A DNA stretch of 64,000 bases, taken from positions 51,584,001 to 51,648,000 of the forward strand of contig NC_043001.1 in NCBI RefSeq assembly GCF_006345805.1. Direction: 5' to 3'. Below, one piece after another: positions 13,373-26,372 of the stretch. This DNA comes from Octopus sinensis (Eukaryota). Every line of letters starts with the position of its first letter. Position 1 is the stretch's first letter. Under the pieces are notes generated by a model that did not search any database, had not been told where the DNA came from, and saw only the letters and a list, made by a program, of their open reading frames with translations. The translations under genes were made by a program, and so were the position numbers.

Positions 13373-13720
13373 TGTATATATATATAGATATGTATGTATT
13401 ATCCTTTCTCTCTCTCTCTCTCATACACTCACACGCGTGTGCACACATCACACACACACGGAGGTATTTGATAAACAGCGTTTAAAGCGAGATTAACCGG
13501 AAATAACCGAAGTATTATTTTCCGAATTGTGACTGTTGGCAATTTTTTCCTCCTTCTTCCTTTCTCTTTGGACTTCCCTATGACTCCTGTTTCCGTAGAG
13601 GAGCTATGCTCGAAACGTAAAAAATCACTCTTTTCCTTCTCTGAGCGTCATATTAATACTATGCATGTGCTACGTCCTCGCGGTGTTGTTTTTTCTTGTC
13701 TTTTTCTCCATTTTTTAATA
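12130..13720. repeat. Nested inverted-repeat (fold-back) structure of Penelope-terminus-like sequences
   Basis: Inner arms at about 12353-12775 and 12780-13289 are high-identity reverse complements. Outer segments 12130-12320 (-) and 13500-13720 (+) are diverged copies of a second family. Confidence 0.8.
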
Positions 13721-14504
13721 ATTCAATATATATATATATTACACTTTTATGTATGTTTGTAAATATATGTGTGTGTGCGTGTTTGTGTATGTATTTATAT
13801 ATACACGTATGTATATATATATATGTATATATATGTATATATATACATATGTGTCTCCCTTTCTCTTTCACATACACTACTACTATACACACACACACTC
13901 ACACACACACACACATACACACACATACACACGCACACATTTGACAAACATCATTTAAAGCGAAATTAACCGGAAATAACCGAAGTATTATTTTACGAAT
14001 CGTGAGAAGACGATAGCTTTTTAAAGCTACGCCAATGTTTTAGAATCATCTCACTTTTGCTTGATGACTTTTAATCTCCGAACTCTTCCAAAATAAGACG
14101 TCTATAGTCAACATTAAGGTGAAGTACATTTCTAAATTCTTTGTTAGATCGTCTAGTGTTCACATTGTCAGTTACCATTCTCTTCGCCAAGAATCCATCT
14201 TAAGTTTAAGCTGGATGTGCTAGAAATAGCAGCCAAATTTTTCCTGTCAGCAGAAGATAGATTCATTTAACAATAGTGTCACTCCAGAAAATCTCGTTAC
14301 CAATAACGATAATAACGTAAATAGTATATATAATGATTGCCATTGAAGCAAACTATACAAATACTTTTAACAATAGTGTCATTTCAGTAAATTATGCAAT
14401 ATTATGCATATACAGCTCATAATAATGATAAGCTTTTCATCGTTACCGACCAGAACTTAAATAACGCAATCGATTATTTAAACAATAATAAATGTAACCA
14501 ATAA

Positions 14505-14660
14505 TCTTTCCTACTATAGGCACAAAGCCTGGGTCAATTACATCGACTCCAGTGTTTCACTTAATTTATCGACCCCGAAAGAATGAAAGGCAAAGTCGAC
14601 CTCGGAATTTAAACTCAGAACGTAGCGACGAGCGAAATATTGCTAAGAATTTCGTCCAGC
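14505..14660 (-). mobile_element. SINE family A
   Basis: ATTTATCGACCCCGAAAGAATGAAAGGCAAAGTCGACCTCGG core, inverted. Confidence 0.75.
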
Positions 14661-14689
14661 TTGTCGCTTTAAAGTGTAATAAACAATGA

Positions 14690-17600
14690 CAAGAGGAAAA
14701 TTTTAAATATTACTGCAAGAAAACTCCAAAAAGGAAATGAAATAAGTGGAAAGAGAGAAATTCAGAGAGCAAGAAATCGAAAGTATCAAAAACGATGACG
14801 GGAAAAACTCTCAGTTTAAAGAAGGAATGAAACTAGAGAAAATTCGACACCAGAAATAAGAGGGGAAATTAGAATTTCGTACATTGTAGCAAGAAATACT
14901 CAGACTATGGAGGAACAAGAAATTATAACTCAAGTAAGAAAATCAAGATATGCTGAACTACGTACTTCTGTTAAATCATTTAGAAATGCAGCATTTGATT
15001 ATGATCGAACTAAACATTATGATAATCTATCGAATTTAAGAACACTGTCAGTTGTTTGTCGGCATTGTCGTGCGAAATTTAATGACGAACGTAAGGGATT
15101 ACGTTGTTCAAATTGTAAAGTTAAACTAAATTTGATTGAAAGATCACTCGAACCTTTAAATACACTAATGCTAGGGGGAAATTTGGATTCCAGAACCTTT
15201 TTTAAATTATCAAAAAATAAATAATTAAATTGTTTTCAATGACATCCTTTGGAGTTAATGAATCAATATCTCTCCCGGGATTCATGCCAGTTTTCAAAAC
15301 ACAGGGTCAAATTTACCACAGAATAAGTTCATTGTATAATACAGATGAAAATATTCCTAAATATGCTCAAGTTTACTTTATAGATGATTTAAATGACCAA
15401 ATTAATATCAGAAATATTAAATTTCTTGCAACAAACTTGCACACTATAAGAAAATTCAAGAGATGCTTTTGGAAAATAATGAGCTTATTTGACAAATTAA
15501 AACTGTGGCGCCTTTGGTTAACAAACCTAATCTTAAATTGTCAATTTGTGCAGATATAGTACCAGCTGGTGAGCATGCACGAGGGTACAATAACCAAGTA
15601 TCTAACGATGTAGGATTAGTAATGGCTGGAATAGAATTTCCACGAAGAAACATAATTTTACCTATAAAAATAATACTATAAAAAGTCAATGAATTACATT
15701 GATCCTATAATCTGTTACAAAATCCTTTGATTAATTGGAGAGGAAATGATGGCTATTCGTTGGATATACCTTTATACGACCCAAATACAAATCAAACAGC
15801 CCAAATAAGAAAGTCACATGCAGGCAATATTATGCATATCTTTTACAAGAAAAAAACAGTTGGAATCAAATTCTAAGATGTAAACGATTGTTCCAAATGT
15901 ATTCAGTTGATATGTATGCCAAAACTGAATTTGAATGGTTATTTTATATTAAAGAGTATCAAACCAAGCTCAGAGTCGAATAATATTCGCTTTTAAAAGA
16001 GTCTTTAAATAATGTAGGATTACTCAATCCACAAGAATTACGTATGGTTGCAATTTTACCTTCTACTTTTGTTGCAAGTCCAAGATATTGGAAGGAAAGA
16101 ACTCAAGATGCAAAGTGTAATGTGAGAGAATATGGTTGGCTTGATTTATTCATAACATTCACTTGCAATCCTAACTGGGATGAAATCAAAGAGAACATGT
16201 ACAAAAGAGAAAAAAATGAAGACAGGAGGCATGGTAAAATTGCCAGAGTTTTCAAACAAAAGTTGAATAAAATGAAAATGTTGGTTGAAAAGGGTGCTGG
16301 AATATTTGAAAAAACAAAAGCCGACATGAATGGCAGAAAAGAGGCTTACCACATGTTTATATCTTACTTTGGTTAGAGCAAACAATTTATCCAAATCAAT
16401 TAAAATAAAGTAATCTCTGCCGAAATTCCCAATCAAATTAATTATCCTGATCTTTATGCTATTGTCACTACACAAATGGTACATGGTCCATGAGGTTTAT
16501 TAAATTCAAAATGTCCATGTATGAATAATGGAAAATGAGAAATAAAATTACCAAAATATTTTATTTATGAAACTAGGACAGATGTTACTAGATATCCTTT
16601 ATGCAGACGGAGAAATACAGAAGATGGAGGAAAAACAGCAACAATAACAAGAAATTCAAAAATGTATACTATTGACAATAGGTGGATTGTACCTTATTAT
16701 CTACTACTTTTGAAAACAATTAAAGGCCACATTAATGCTCTGTTCAATCCATTGTATATATATAACAAAATGCGTGAATAAAGGTAGCGATGTTGTTGTA
16801 CGCAGAACAAAGAATAATTAAAAATATAATGAAGATTAATAACTTTATGGCAGGACGTTATCTCAGCAGTAATGAGGTCGCTTGGAAAATCTTTCAAAGT
16901 AATGTTCACATGCAATACCAGCTGTTCAACAATTGGATATACATTTAGAAAATGGCCAATGAGTATACTTCATCTGTAATGATAGGGAACAAAGAATTAG
17001 AAATCCCCTAATTTTATTCTACAAATTGAATAAAAATGATGAATATGCAAGAACTTTGTTGTATAAAGCAATTCCATCTCATACTCTTACTTCGAATAAA
17101 ACATGGAAAAAAAGATTGAATGGTAGATTTGTGCAAACATGTTCTAGAATTTACACTGTACCACCTAATCAAACAGAATGTTGTTGTATGAGATTATTGT
17201 TGAATGTAGTCAGAGGTTCAAAATCTTTCAAAGACGTAAAAACACATGAGGGTATTGTTTATAATACATTACCATTTTCATCATCAATAGTTGATAAATT
17301 TACAACATCAATTAGAAAAAATAGTAAAATTTGGTTAACATTTATTAGTATGCGATTACGTTACAGTGTCAAACAAAAAGATTTTAGAGGTTGTTGAAAA
17401 AACATTGAAAGAAATAAAAAACAATAATTTATCTGTTGGTGATATTACTGTTTTACTAACTGGTGATTTTAGACAAATACTTCCAGTAGAACCAAGAGGT
17501 ATAAAAGATGATGAAATAGCTGCATCAATCAAGGCATCACATTTATGGTCATTAGTCCACAAATTGTCATTAAGAATTAATATAAGAGTGCATATCCTAA

Positions 17601-18300
17601 GAAATAATGACTTACAGGACGTTGCAAATAAACTATTAGCCGTAGGAGAAAATAGGATCCCAAGTTACGGCAGTCACATGATATTATTACCAGTGGGAAA
17701 TAGAGTTGAGAATCAAATTGATTTAGAAACATTTATTTTTGAGGACATTGCAGTTAATTACACTAATAGAGAATGGATATAAAAAAAGAACAATTTTAGA
17801 TGCTACAAATGAGGATGTTGATGCTATTAATATGCGATTGCTTAACAAAATAGAACATAGATTAAAAATATAAAATTCTATAGATCAAGTAGTTGATACA
17901 ACTGAAGCATTAGATTTTCCAGTTGAGTCCTGAAATTCATTAGAAATATCGGGGCTTCCACCAAATGAAATAAATTTGAAGAAAGGCGCTCCAATTAATC
18001 TTTTGAGAAATTTACAAACTCCAAAGTTATGCAATGGAATAGTGGAATCCCTTACAAATAATGTAACTGAAGCAAAAATATTAAATGGAAAGTACACAAA
18101 TGGATTAATATTATCATTAAGAATTAAATTAATTGCAGAGGATCCAGTGATTACAATTTCCTGTTAAACTACCCTTTGCTATGACAATAAATAAATCACA
18201 AGGCCAAACATTAAAAAAAAAGTTGGCATCAATATTAAAAATGAAGTATTTTCTCATGGACAACTATATGTATCACTTTTGAGATTGGGGGAGATCTTAA
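14690..18300 (+). mobile_element. Decayed Helitron Rep/helicase
   Basis: Collinear broken ORFs: Zn-finger CRHC..CSNC; FSMTSFG..FMPVFKTQGQIYHR; Rep motif LPSTFVASPRY..DLFITFTCNPNW; PIF1-like helicase motifs LLTGDFRQILPV, KKGAPINLLRNLQTPKLCNG, FAMTINKSQGQT, VFSHGQLYV. Many stops and frameshifts; termini not identified. Confidence 0.92.
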
Positions 18301-18758
18301 TCTGTATTATCATACAAAAGATGAAAAAGTTAGATGAAGTTTTATAGATTTTAAAAAAAACTAATAATAAAACCACAAATGAAAAAATAGCTGGACAACA
18401 ACGACAAGGCGCAGTTCAATTTTATGAGTTGTATGAGAAGTTATTGTTAAATTAATTTATATATTTTTCATTTGAATTGCTACTTACATTATTTATGTTT
18501 GAGCATCGAGGAATATTTTTAATATTTTTAATATAGTTCCTTTGATAATTTTACCATTGATTTTATTCTTTCAATTTTTTTCATGCTTTTGGTAATCACA
18601 ATAATCGATTTCAACTTTGAGTTTTTTTTTCCATATTCTAAACAATAAGTCAAATACAAAACGCATTCTCTGGATTTGTCTCGCGTTGAATAAAATCATA
18701 ATTAACTAATCCTCCTGTATTTTCTTTTACCCAAAGTAGGGAACTTATATATACACAC

Positions 18759-18810
<52 letters not shown>

Positions 18811-18839
18811 GTATTCTTTACAACAAAATATATTCTTTT

Positions 18840-19045
18840 CTACTCTAGACAAATACCCGAAATTTGGGGGGAGGGGGCCGGTCGATTAGATCGACCCCAG
18901 TACGAAACTGGTACTTAATTTATCGACCCCGAAAGGATGGAAAGCAAAGTCGACCTCGGCGTAATTTGAACTCAGAACATAAAGACAAATGTAATACCGC
19001 TAAGCATTTCGCCCGGAGTGCTAACGTTTCTGCCAGCTTACCACC
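18840..19045 (-). mobile_element. SINE family A
   Basis: Core and head (GCTAAGCATTTCGCCCGG..CTGCCAGCT) as at 9605-9830. Confidence 0.85.
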
Positions 19046-19329
19046 TTACAACAAAATATATTAAATATGTTTGGGACCAATTTTGTTCCACTTATAAAAT
19101 GAATCATCAGCAAACAATATATGAATTAAAATTATCTATTGCATGAAATTCTGCAATTTATAAAACTCAAAACTTTTCAGACTCTAAGATACAATTTTAT
19201 GAATATACAAGTCAATGTAATCATCGAATATAGTGTTTCCTTCACAAGGAAATGTTAGTGAATTAAGCATAATCTTGTTACTCAATAAACCAATTATTAT
19301 GACTAGAAATGTTTCGGATATTACTTAGA

Positions 19330-19880
19330 ATGTGTTACTGTTAGCTAGTTAACTAACAGGACGCTAATTTCCTTCCGGTGTGGATTATTAGTGTAAGTAG
19401 TCTTGGACAAATGAGTTTGATATGGATATGGAGTCCTCCGATTCTACCCAGGTTACAGAACCTGTAAATTTATATTCACTCTTCAAATTGAAAGATAACT
19501 TTCCAAACCTGGTGGAACTCTGTAGAGATTAAGCTCTCCTAACCACTTCTGCATCTTTCCATTGTGGATGGGAAAGACTAAGAAAATTGTTACACTTATT
19601 TTTATTCCTTTTTCAATAACTTTGATCTGTATTTCTTTCGAAAAGTGTAGCAAAAGTGTTAACTTAACTTAATATTAGATCTGGATTAGTAATCGTCTTA
19701 ACTGTACCATATATCTAACGAAACCCTCCATGGCGTTCATCGATTGTCTAATTATCCTAGGTGTGCTGTTGATAGTTGAGGAATATTTCAATCAGAGTTT
19801 CAAACCTTGCCTCCGCGGAAGGGATTTTCAACAATTATGCAGAATATTATAATGAAGCTCTTAAGAGAGCTGGCTGCAAT
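19330..19880 (+). mobile_element. Penelope-like RT C-terminal fragment
   Basis: HRLSNYP-like segment followed by RNISIRVSNLASAEGIFNNYAEYYNEALKRAGC, resembling the Penelope RT thumb region. Degenerate. Confidence 0.6.
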
Positions 19881-20792
19881 GACATAATTAAGCTGGTCCT
19901 GAATGGGATGCAGAGATACAGAGAAACATACCAGAATACTCGGTGGGACCTTCTTGGGTGTTTTCTCATTCAATATTGGTCGAGAACCCTGGGACCTCTG
20001 ACTTGACTCCGGCGAACCAAATGGAACACTTACTGACTCCAGTAATCACCCACGTAGGAGGCAGAATACAGCCTCCTGTGCATCGCGGTTACCCCAGGCA
20101 TGAGGATCGCAGTTGATCTGGATGGATCGTTCACAACTCTAGATCCACACAGAGATCAATGTGGAACTCTGAACCGAGATATACGGTGATGAAACCAATG
20201 GCCTCTGATCATCCTTCTGATGGAAACATGTATCCCTGTAGCGGAAATAGGCGGAAAAGAAGACAAGTGATTTAGTGCGATCCATCCTTCTCGTCTGGTG
20301 TGAAAATTAACGTCTGTAGATCATCTTTTCGATCCTCCAAAGAGTTTTCAACATGAATACTATCGCGCTATCCTACTCTATCTTACACATCGTGGCCAGT
20401 ATAATAGCCGCATCCAATAGGTTGAAACTTGCCAAATATAATGCTGGTTCTATTATTGTGAAACGGGAGAGTCCAGAAGCATCCTAAGAATTAACCCCAA
20501 CCAAAATTATGCATAACACGGTGTTTGCTCCAAGAAAACACGTTTCGGAGAGATGTCACAAGAAGAGCTTACTTACGGGGAACACCGCTGATCAGAATGG
20601 ATTCGAACCCGGCATTCAGAATGGATTCCAACCCAATTTGGTTGCTATTTCTGACATGTTCACAAACCATGCAGGGGTACCAACTATCGATCATTATCTA
20701 AGATTAACGGAAAATACATAAGCGTGTAAGAAGCTGGCTGATTCGGTTCTGAAACTTTGATTTACTGTGATTTATGTTTCAATTTATTAAGG

Positions 20793-21186
20793 ACTAGCAG
20801 TATCACCCGGCGTTGCTCAGGTTTGTTTCGACCCGCTGGAATTGGAATTTTTGAAAAGTAAAATTTTGCATTATGTAGCTTGTTATTCTCTTCAAGTGAA
20901 CATTTTTCTGGTTGAAATACACCGAAAAGTGGCGACACAGCAGTGAAAAATCGTTAAAAAAAATAGGGATTTTCATAGAAAAAAGTACCTTTTTGATGTA
21001 AATAATTTTTGGTGTTAACCTGGTCCGATTTGAATTTTATCTGCTACGGAAGGAAGGACAACCCTTTTTCTATCATACTCTCAATTTTGGTCAACTTGCA
21101 CCGCAGGGTCTCGGAGGAGATAGTGTTAGTTGAAGGTTACCAAACCTGGCGCACACAGACAACTTCAGCTTTATATAGAGAGAGAT
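20793..21186 (+). mobile_element. Non-autonomous Helentron/DINE-1-like element
   Basis: 5' ACTAGCAGTATCACCCGGCGTTGCTC and 3' CAGACAACTTCAGCTTTATATAGAGAGAGAT. The same termini occur at 27758-28144. Confidence 0.6.
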
Positions 21187-21201
21187 AACACACACACATT
21201 A

Positions 21202-21250
<49 letters not shown>

Positions 21251-22305
21251 TGTATGTATGGATGTATGTTTGTATATATGTACATGAACCCAGGACCATG
21301 TGTTTGGAATGTAGTTTGTTACCACACAGCCACACCTGCCCCTATGTATGTGTGTGTGCGTGCGTATGGGTAGATATATTATGCATGTCTATATGTGTAT
21401 ATATATGTGTACATATTACATGTACATCTATATATATACATCTACACATAAAATACAAAATACAAAGTTATATCTTGATATCGCTAGTGATAACAGTACT
21501 CAAAATATATAACAGACTGGAATTGTAGGCCCGTCTCTTGCAATTTCGATCAATTGGATCTTGTCCTCCCTCTTGTATAGAAGTGTAGGGCTGCAGCGAA
21601 ATTCATTTTTGGACTTTCTTCTATCGAAGGCATTTTAACAAAATTGCTTCCGTAAAGACGGTGAAAATATTGTCAATTTTCCCAAACAGGGACACAATTC
21701 AATTTTGAAACAATAACCAAAGCCCCTTCTCCGAAAGGGGGAGGGTTACGGTTTACAATTATTTAACAAATGCAACACAACAACGTTTCCCTGACGCGGA
21801 ACCAACAAACGTGATTACAATAGTCAAACAGTAATAATAATAACAACAAACCTTTTTAATTTATCCCCATTTATGTGAAAGCACTTATTCAAGTTCAAGT
21901 CATTGATGCAATTTTATACGAATTGCTAATACACACACACACACATAATAAGGGTGAAAAATTGAATATTAATTTGATTAATATGAATTGAAAACCAGTG
22001 GTGTAGCATATAAGACCATAGCGGATCTTCCTCAAGCAAAAAGGATGACCAGTATTAATGGCTCATCCCTGTTATCTAATACTTTCACTTTAATAGTTTC
22101 ACACTTGCAAAGAGAAAGGAGAAAGTGTGTTGGTAATAGCAGGGGCAAACCACTTGAAATGAGAGAGGCAAATCGTAAAATATTGAGTTTTCTCGAATTT
22201 TTGCTTAATTGGGGGTCAAATTGAAAAAACTTTACAAGCCATGACCCAATCGAATCTACTTGGAAAAATCATAGGTAAATTCCAATTGAAGAAATTCTAT
22301 ATTGT

Positions 22306-22376
22306 AGAATTGTGGTTCAGTGGTAGAATGCTCGCCTGCCACGCGGGCGGCCCGGGTTCGATTCCCGGCCGATGCA
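22306..22376 (+). tRNA. tRNA-Gly(GCC) pseudogene or tRNA-derived head (acceptor stem broken)
   Basis: Positions 8-71 match the eukaryotic tRNA-Gly cloverleaf (D arm, anticodon GCC at 22338-22340, GGTTCGATTCC T arm, CCGATGCA). The 5' acceptor strand reads AGAATTG rather than GCATCGG. Confidence 0.85.
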
Positions 22377-24349
22377 AAGATATTTATTTCAATGGCGGTG
22401 CCCCAGCATGGCCACAGCTCATTAGCTGAAACTGGAAAAATCAAAAATCAAAAATCATGGGAACAGGCAGAGAAAATCTGCCTTTTATCATAAGATTATC
22501 ATAAGAGATAAGAGATAAAGATAGAGGTTGTTGCCGATACATATGAAATGAGCTTAATCAATTCAAATAACAAACGAAAGCGTACTGCAGCACAAATTCC
22601 TTAAATATAATCAATGATTTTCTTGAAAAATACATACTCTAATAATATATTATACAATGATACCAATGCAAAACATTGTCTTCAAGATATTGTTTTAGCA
22701 TGTGAGAGTGTATGTATGTGCGTGTGTGTGTATATGTGCGTGTGTGTGCGTGTGTGTGTATGTGTATGTGTGTGTGTGGTACACTCTCTTTTCCTTTTTT
22801 TATTCGTTTTAACAGTATTTCATAAACCAGCTATTCGTAGAACATGCAACGATTGTACTTTAAATAGGTTTTAAACCCTATTACCACCGAATCATCAAAA
22901 TACGTTGCTATTATGTATAAGCGTAGATAATCGCTGGCTATATACGACAGCTGTATATAATATTTAACATCTTTAACTTTACCTTTTTACAAGTGTTCGC
23001 TCACTTTATCTCTCTATACCTACGTTCTCTCTTAACGTGAAATACTTCAAATATAAAACTACACAAAACAGCAGGTAAACAAGGAAGTTAAAGAGTAATA
23101 TAGAAGTGAAATAATAATATAACAATTGAGAGGAGTGGGATAGAAACAGGTTATACGATATGGTGAGAAATTTTGTATCAGTGGCGAACGAAGGGAAGGG
23201 TATAAGAATTATAGAAGGAAGATAGAATGAATTAACATCTCGAACCAGTCAAAAGATAAAAGGGTTGTATTCAGATAAAGATAAGGAAGTAAAGAGCAAT
23301 CACACCTAGAAAGCTTTTTATGTAAAAAGACACCCAAGAATATTTTTAATGTTGCCGAATTATTAGTTTATTAACTGAAGCAAGCATAGGCAAAATGCAC
23401 TCATATACAAACAAGTACACTTATAGACAGACAGACATGCACAGACACAAGTTCGTAGGAGTGTACACACGTACACATGCATATATACGCATCTACACAA
23501 ATGTGAATTGTATAGACATAGACTCTTCTTAATTAAAAGAGCAAAAAGGAAAGGATACTGGGTACAGGTCGATGGGAGTAGTAATTATATGTGAGTTGAG
23601 GAATGTATTCAAAGCCTGAAACTAGAGGTACCCAAGCTGAAGTTGAGACGTTTTTCCCTATAGCGAAGACCAGCTAGTTGGGGCAATCGAGTGCTTTAAA
23701 GTAACGGAGTACGAGTTTAGGATTTCTTCAGACATGATTCCAGACAGTTAAATATTCATAGAACCAACCGATCACCCGAGCAGCACCTCATCTTGACAAC
23801 AGTGTTTGCATACTATGCCGTATATTAGGTGAGAGGAAATGCAATCGAAGTGGTCGAATGAGTTATTTAGCAGACGTGTGGTTCAGAAGCAAAAGGAAAT
23901 TCCGAGCTGAATGGGACTAACGACAACGGATCAGAATGTTTTGTAGATATTTTTAAGCAGACTACTGGATACGCTGTTAAAATTGGATTAGTTATGAGAT
24001 CCGATCGTAGAGATTGGAAATTTCGGAAGGTGGCAGTGGCGTGCCAAAGTGGTAGAACTTACAGGCAAATGCAGAGGAGCATATGTTTTGCTCATAGTGA
24101 TAGTCCTAAAGCTGTTGGATTGAGACAACCACAAATATGCAAGCTTTCAGATTATAACACCAGAATACACGAAGAAGTAAAGATAGTAGTTAAGCAGTAC
24201 TATTGCGATTAAAAATGTCTATTAACCAGAAGCTGCGTGCTTGTTTCCTGTGAAAAAACCCGGGCAGTATAAAATCTCACACTTATAAATCTGGAGCTTC
24301 GTGAATTTGTAAGATATCACGGCTTTTTCATTATTATAACAGTGGTTTA

Positions 24350-24720
24350 AAATTTTGCCACAAGGACAGTCATATTTTGGAGCAGGGAATAAGTCAATTA
24401 AATCGATCCCAGTATATATTGACTCCGAAGGAAGAAAGACACAGTCGACCTCGACGAAATTTGAACTCAGAACGTAGCAGCAGACAAAATACTCATTTCT
24501 TTACTACCACAAGGGGCTAAACACAGAGAGGACAAACAAGGACAGACAAACGGATTAAGTCGATTATATCGACCCCAGTGGGTAACTGGTACTTATTTAA
24601 TCGACCCCGAAAGGATGAAAGGCAAAGTTGACCTCTGAAGAATTTGAACGTAGCGACGTACAAAATACCGCTAACCATTTCGCCCAGCGTGCTAACGATT
24701 CTGTCAGCTCACCACCTTCA
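24350..24720 (-). mobile_element. Two tandem SINE family A copies
   Basis: Core repeated at about 24440 and 24600, followed by (TAC)n(AAT)n at 24737-24850. Confidence 0.8.
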
Positions 24721-24735
24721 TAATAACAGTATTAT

Positions 24736-24840
<105 letters not shown>

Positions 24841-25049
24841 TGATGATAATAATGACAAACGCCGATGGGTATGATTTGAAAACAAGCTGACTGCCATTAC
24901 TAAAAGGTTGATTGATCTACTAGTAGTTATACTTGTAGGAAGAACAGAAGGAAGTGTTATTTTTGATATTGTAGCTGTTGCTTTTGTTATTATTTTTATG
25001 CTGGTTATCTATAGTAGTTTCAGCGATTGCTTAGAACAGTTGTCCACAA

Positions 25050-25160
25050 TCTTATTTTGTCTCGCAACTCTTACACGTTTTGTATAGATAATCCTGTGAC
25101 CATTCTCTAGATGGACACTCAGATGAATGATGGCTGGGTGCCTCTCATAAATTGGAAAAT
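25050..25160 (-). mobile_element. Second, distinct Helitron fragment
   Basis: FPIYERHPAIIHLSVHLENGHRIIYT matches the Helitron HLENGQ motif, also seen in the main element near 16950. Confidence 0.65.
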
Positions 25161-25226
25161 TTTTATTTATCTGCTGACTGCCATTCTTCATCTTATGAAG
25201 AATGGCAGTCAGCAGATAAATAAAAA
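25160..25226. repeat. Perfect 67-bp hairpin (32-bp arms, CTT loop)
   Basis: TTTTTATTTATCTGCTGACTGCCATTCTTCAT-CTT-ATGAAGAATGGCAGTCAGCAGATAAATAAAAA. Confidence 0.95.
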
Positions 25227-25591
25227 AGTGTATGTTGCAGCATCTAAAACTTTGTTTATATATTTGCAAACATACTTAATGAAGTTAACAGAGTTGCAGA
25301 ATTCAACATTGACTCTGGCTACCTGCACTTGTCTTTGCTTCACTGTAGAATACTGATCATCTATATCTCCCCGTCTCCTCTTGTAGAGAGTGAGAACATT
25401 GTTCTCAGAAATTTTTTGAAAATTAAAATGGGGATTAAAAGAAAAAATGAGCGGAAGTTACGTGAATATCTTCATAAGAATGATTGAAATAAATGATGGC
25501 GATTGTGGAACGCCGCACGCACGCACGCACACACATACATTCAGTATACAACATAAGATGAACTGGACGTGTGTATGTGTATGAGAGAGCA

Positions 25592-25624
<33 letters not shown>

Positions 25625-25783
25625 GAGCAAGAGAGAGAGAAAGAGGAAGAGAGGGAAAGTGAAGTGGCGTGTTGTCATGCATACAGAAATGAATATGCAT
25701 ACATCCTTTTTGCATGTATGTGTGTGTTTGTGTGTATGACAGAAAGAGAGAGAGTGAGAAAGAGAGAAAGTGCCACTTGGACA

Positions 25784-25820
<37 letters not shown>

Positions 25821-26372
25821 ATTTCACACACACATATACACGCACACACATACATAAAAAATGTATGCATATGTATTTATGTATGTACGTATACATGACA
25901 ACACACTCCTTCTCTCTCACTCTCTATCTCCCTCTCTCTCTTATACACACACACACACACAAGCACACTCGCACACATACATAAATATATACAAACGTGC
26001 ATATAAAAACACACGGGTGACTGTGTGACTAAGTATAAATACATAGAGCTGAACACAACGCGCAGGGGTCAAATTATTCATGCATCTCAAGTATGGAAGC
26101 AATTCGCGCATCCGTTTTCGTGTGAAAAGCGAATACACACACAGAGGCCTATTTCATATAAGAAGATATGTAATAAATAATTAGGACAAAAACGTATAAT
26201 TCGATTAATGTGTTTAAATATTGAGTAGAGCACCGGCACAGTTTAGGCTACCTGTTGTCAACTGCAGTCGTGGTACACTTCCGTTATATTTACTTCAGGA
26301 ATCCGCAGTGGCAGTTGGGGTAATAGTATTAATTAATAGTAGGAGATGGATTTCGTATTAAACTTTTATTAG

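Noticed and set aside
12225-13622. Active hammerheads at about 12225-12262 (-), 13006-13030 (+) and 13589-13622 (+)
   Set aside because: Core substitutions (CTAACGA/AAAA; CCGTAGA) or no GAAA after stem II. Decayed at best.
14907-18167. Functional Helitron, or separate host genes
   Set aside because: The ORFs are collinear fragments of one Rep/helicase broken by many stops and frameshifts.
22306-22376. Functional tRNA-Gly gene
   Set aside because: The 5' acceptor strand cannot pair with CCGATGC, and no T-run Pol III terminator follows directly.
23560-24230. Complex, moderately GC-rich blocks (also 10680-11150, 19880-20350, 46000-46400) as named LINE or transposon fragments
   Set aside because: Probably old TE sequence, but I could not recover a diagnostic motif by eye, so no call was made.
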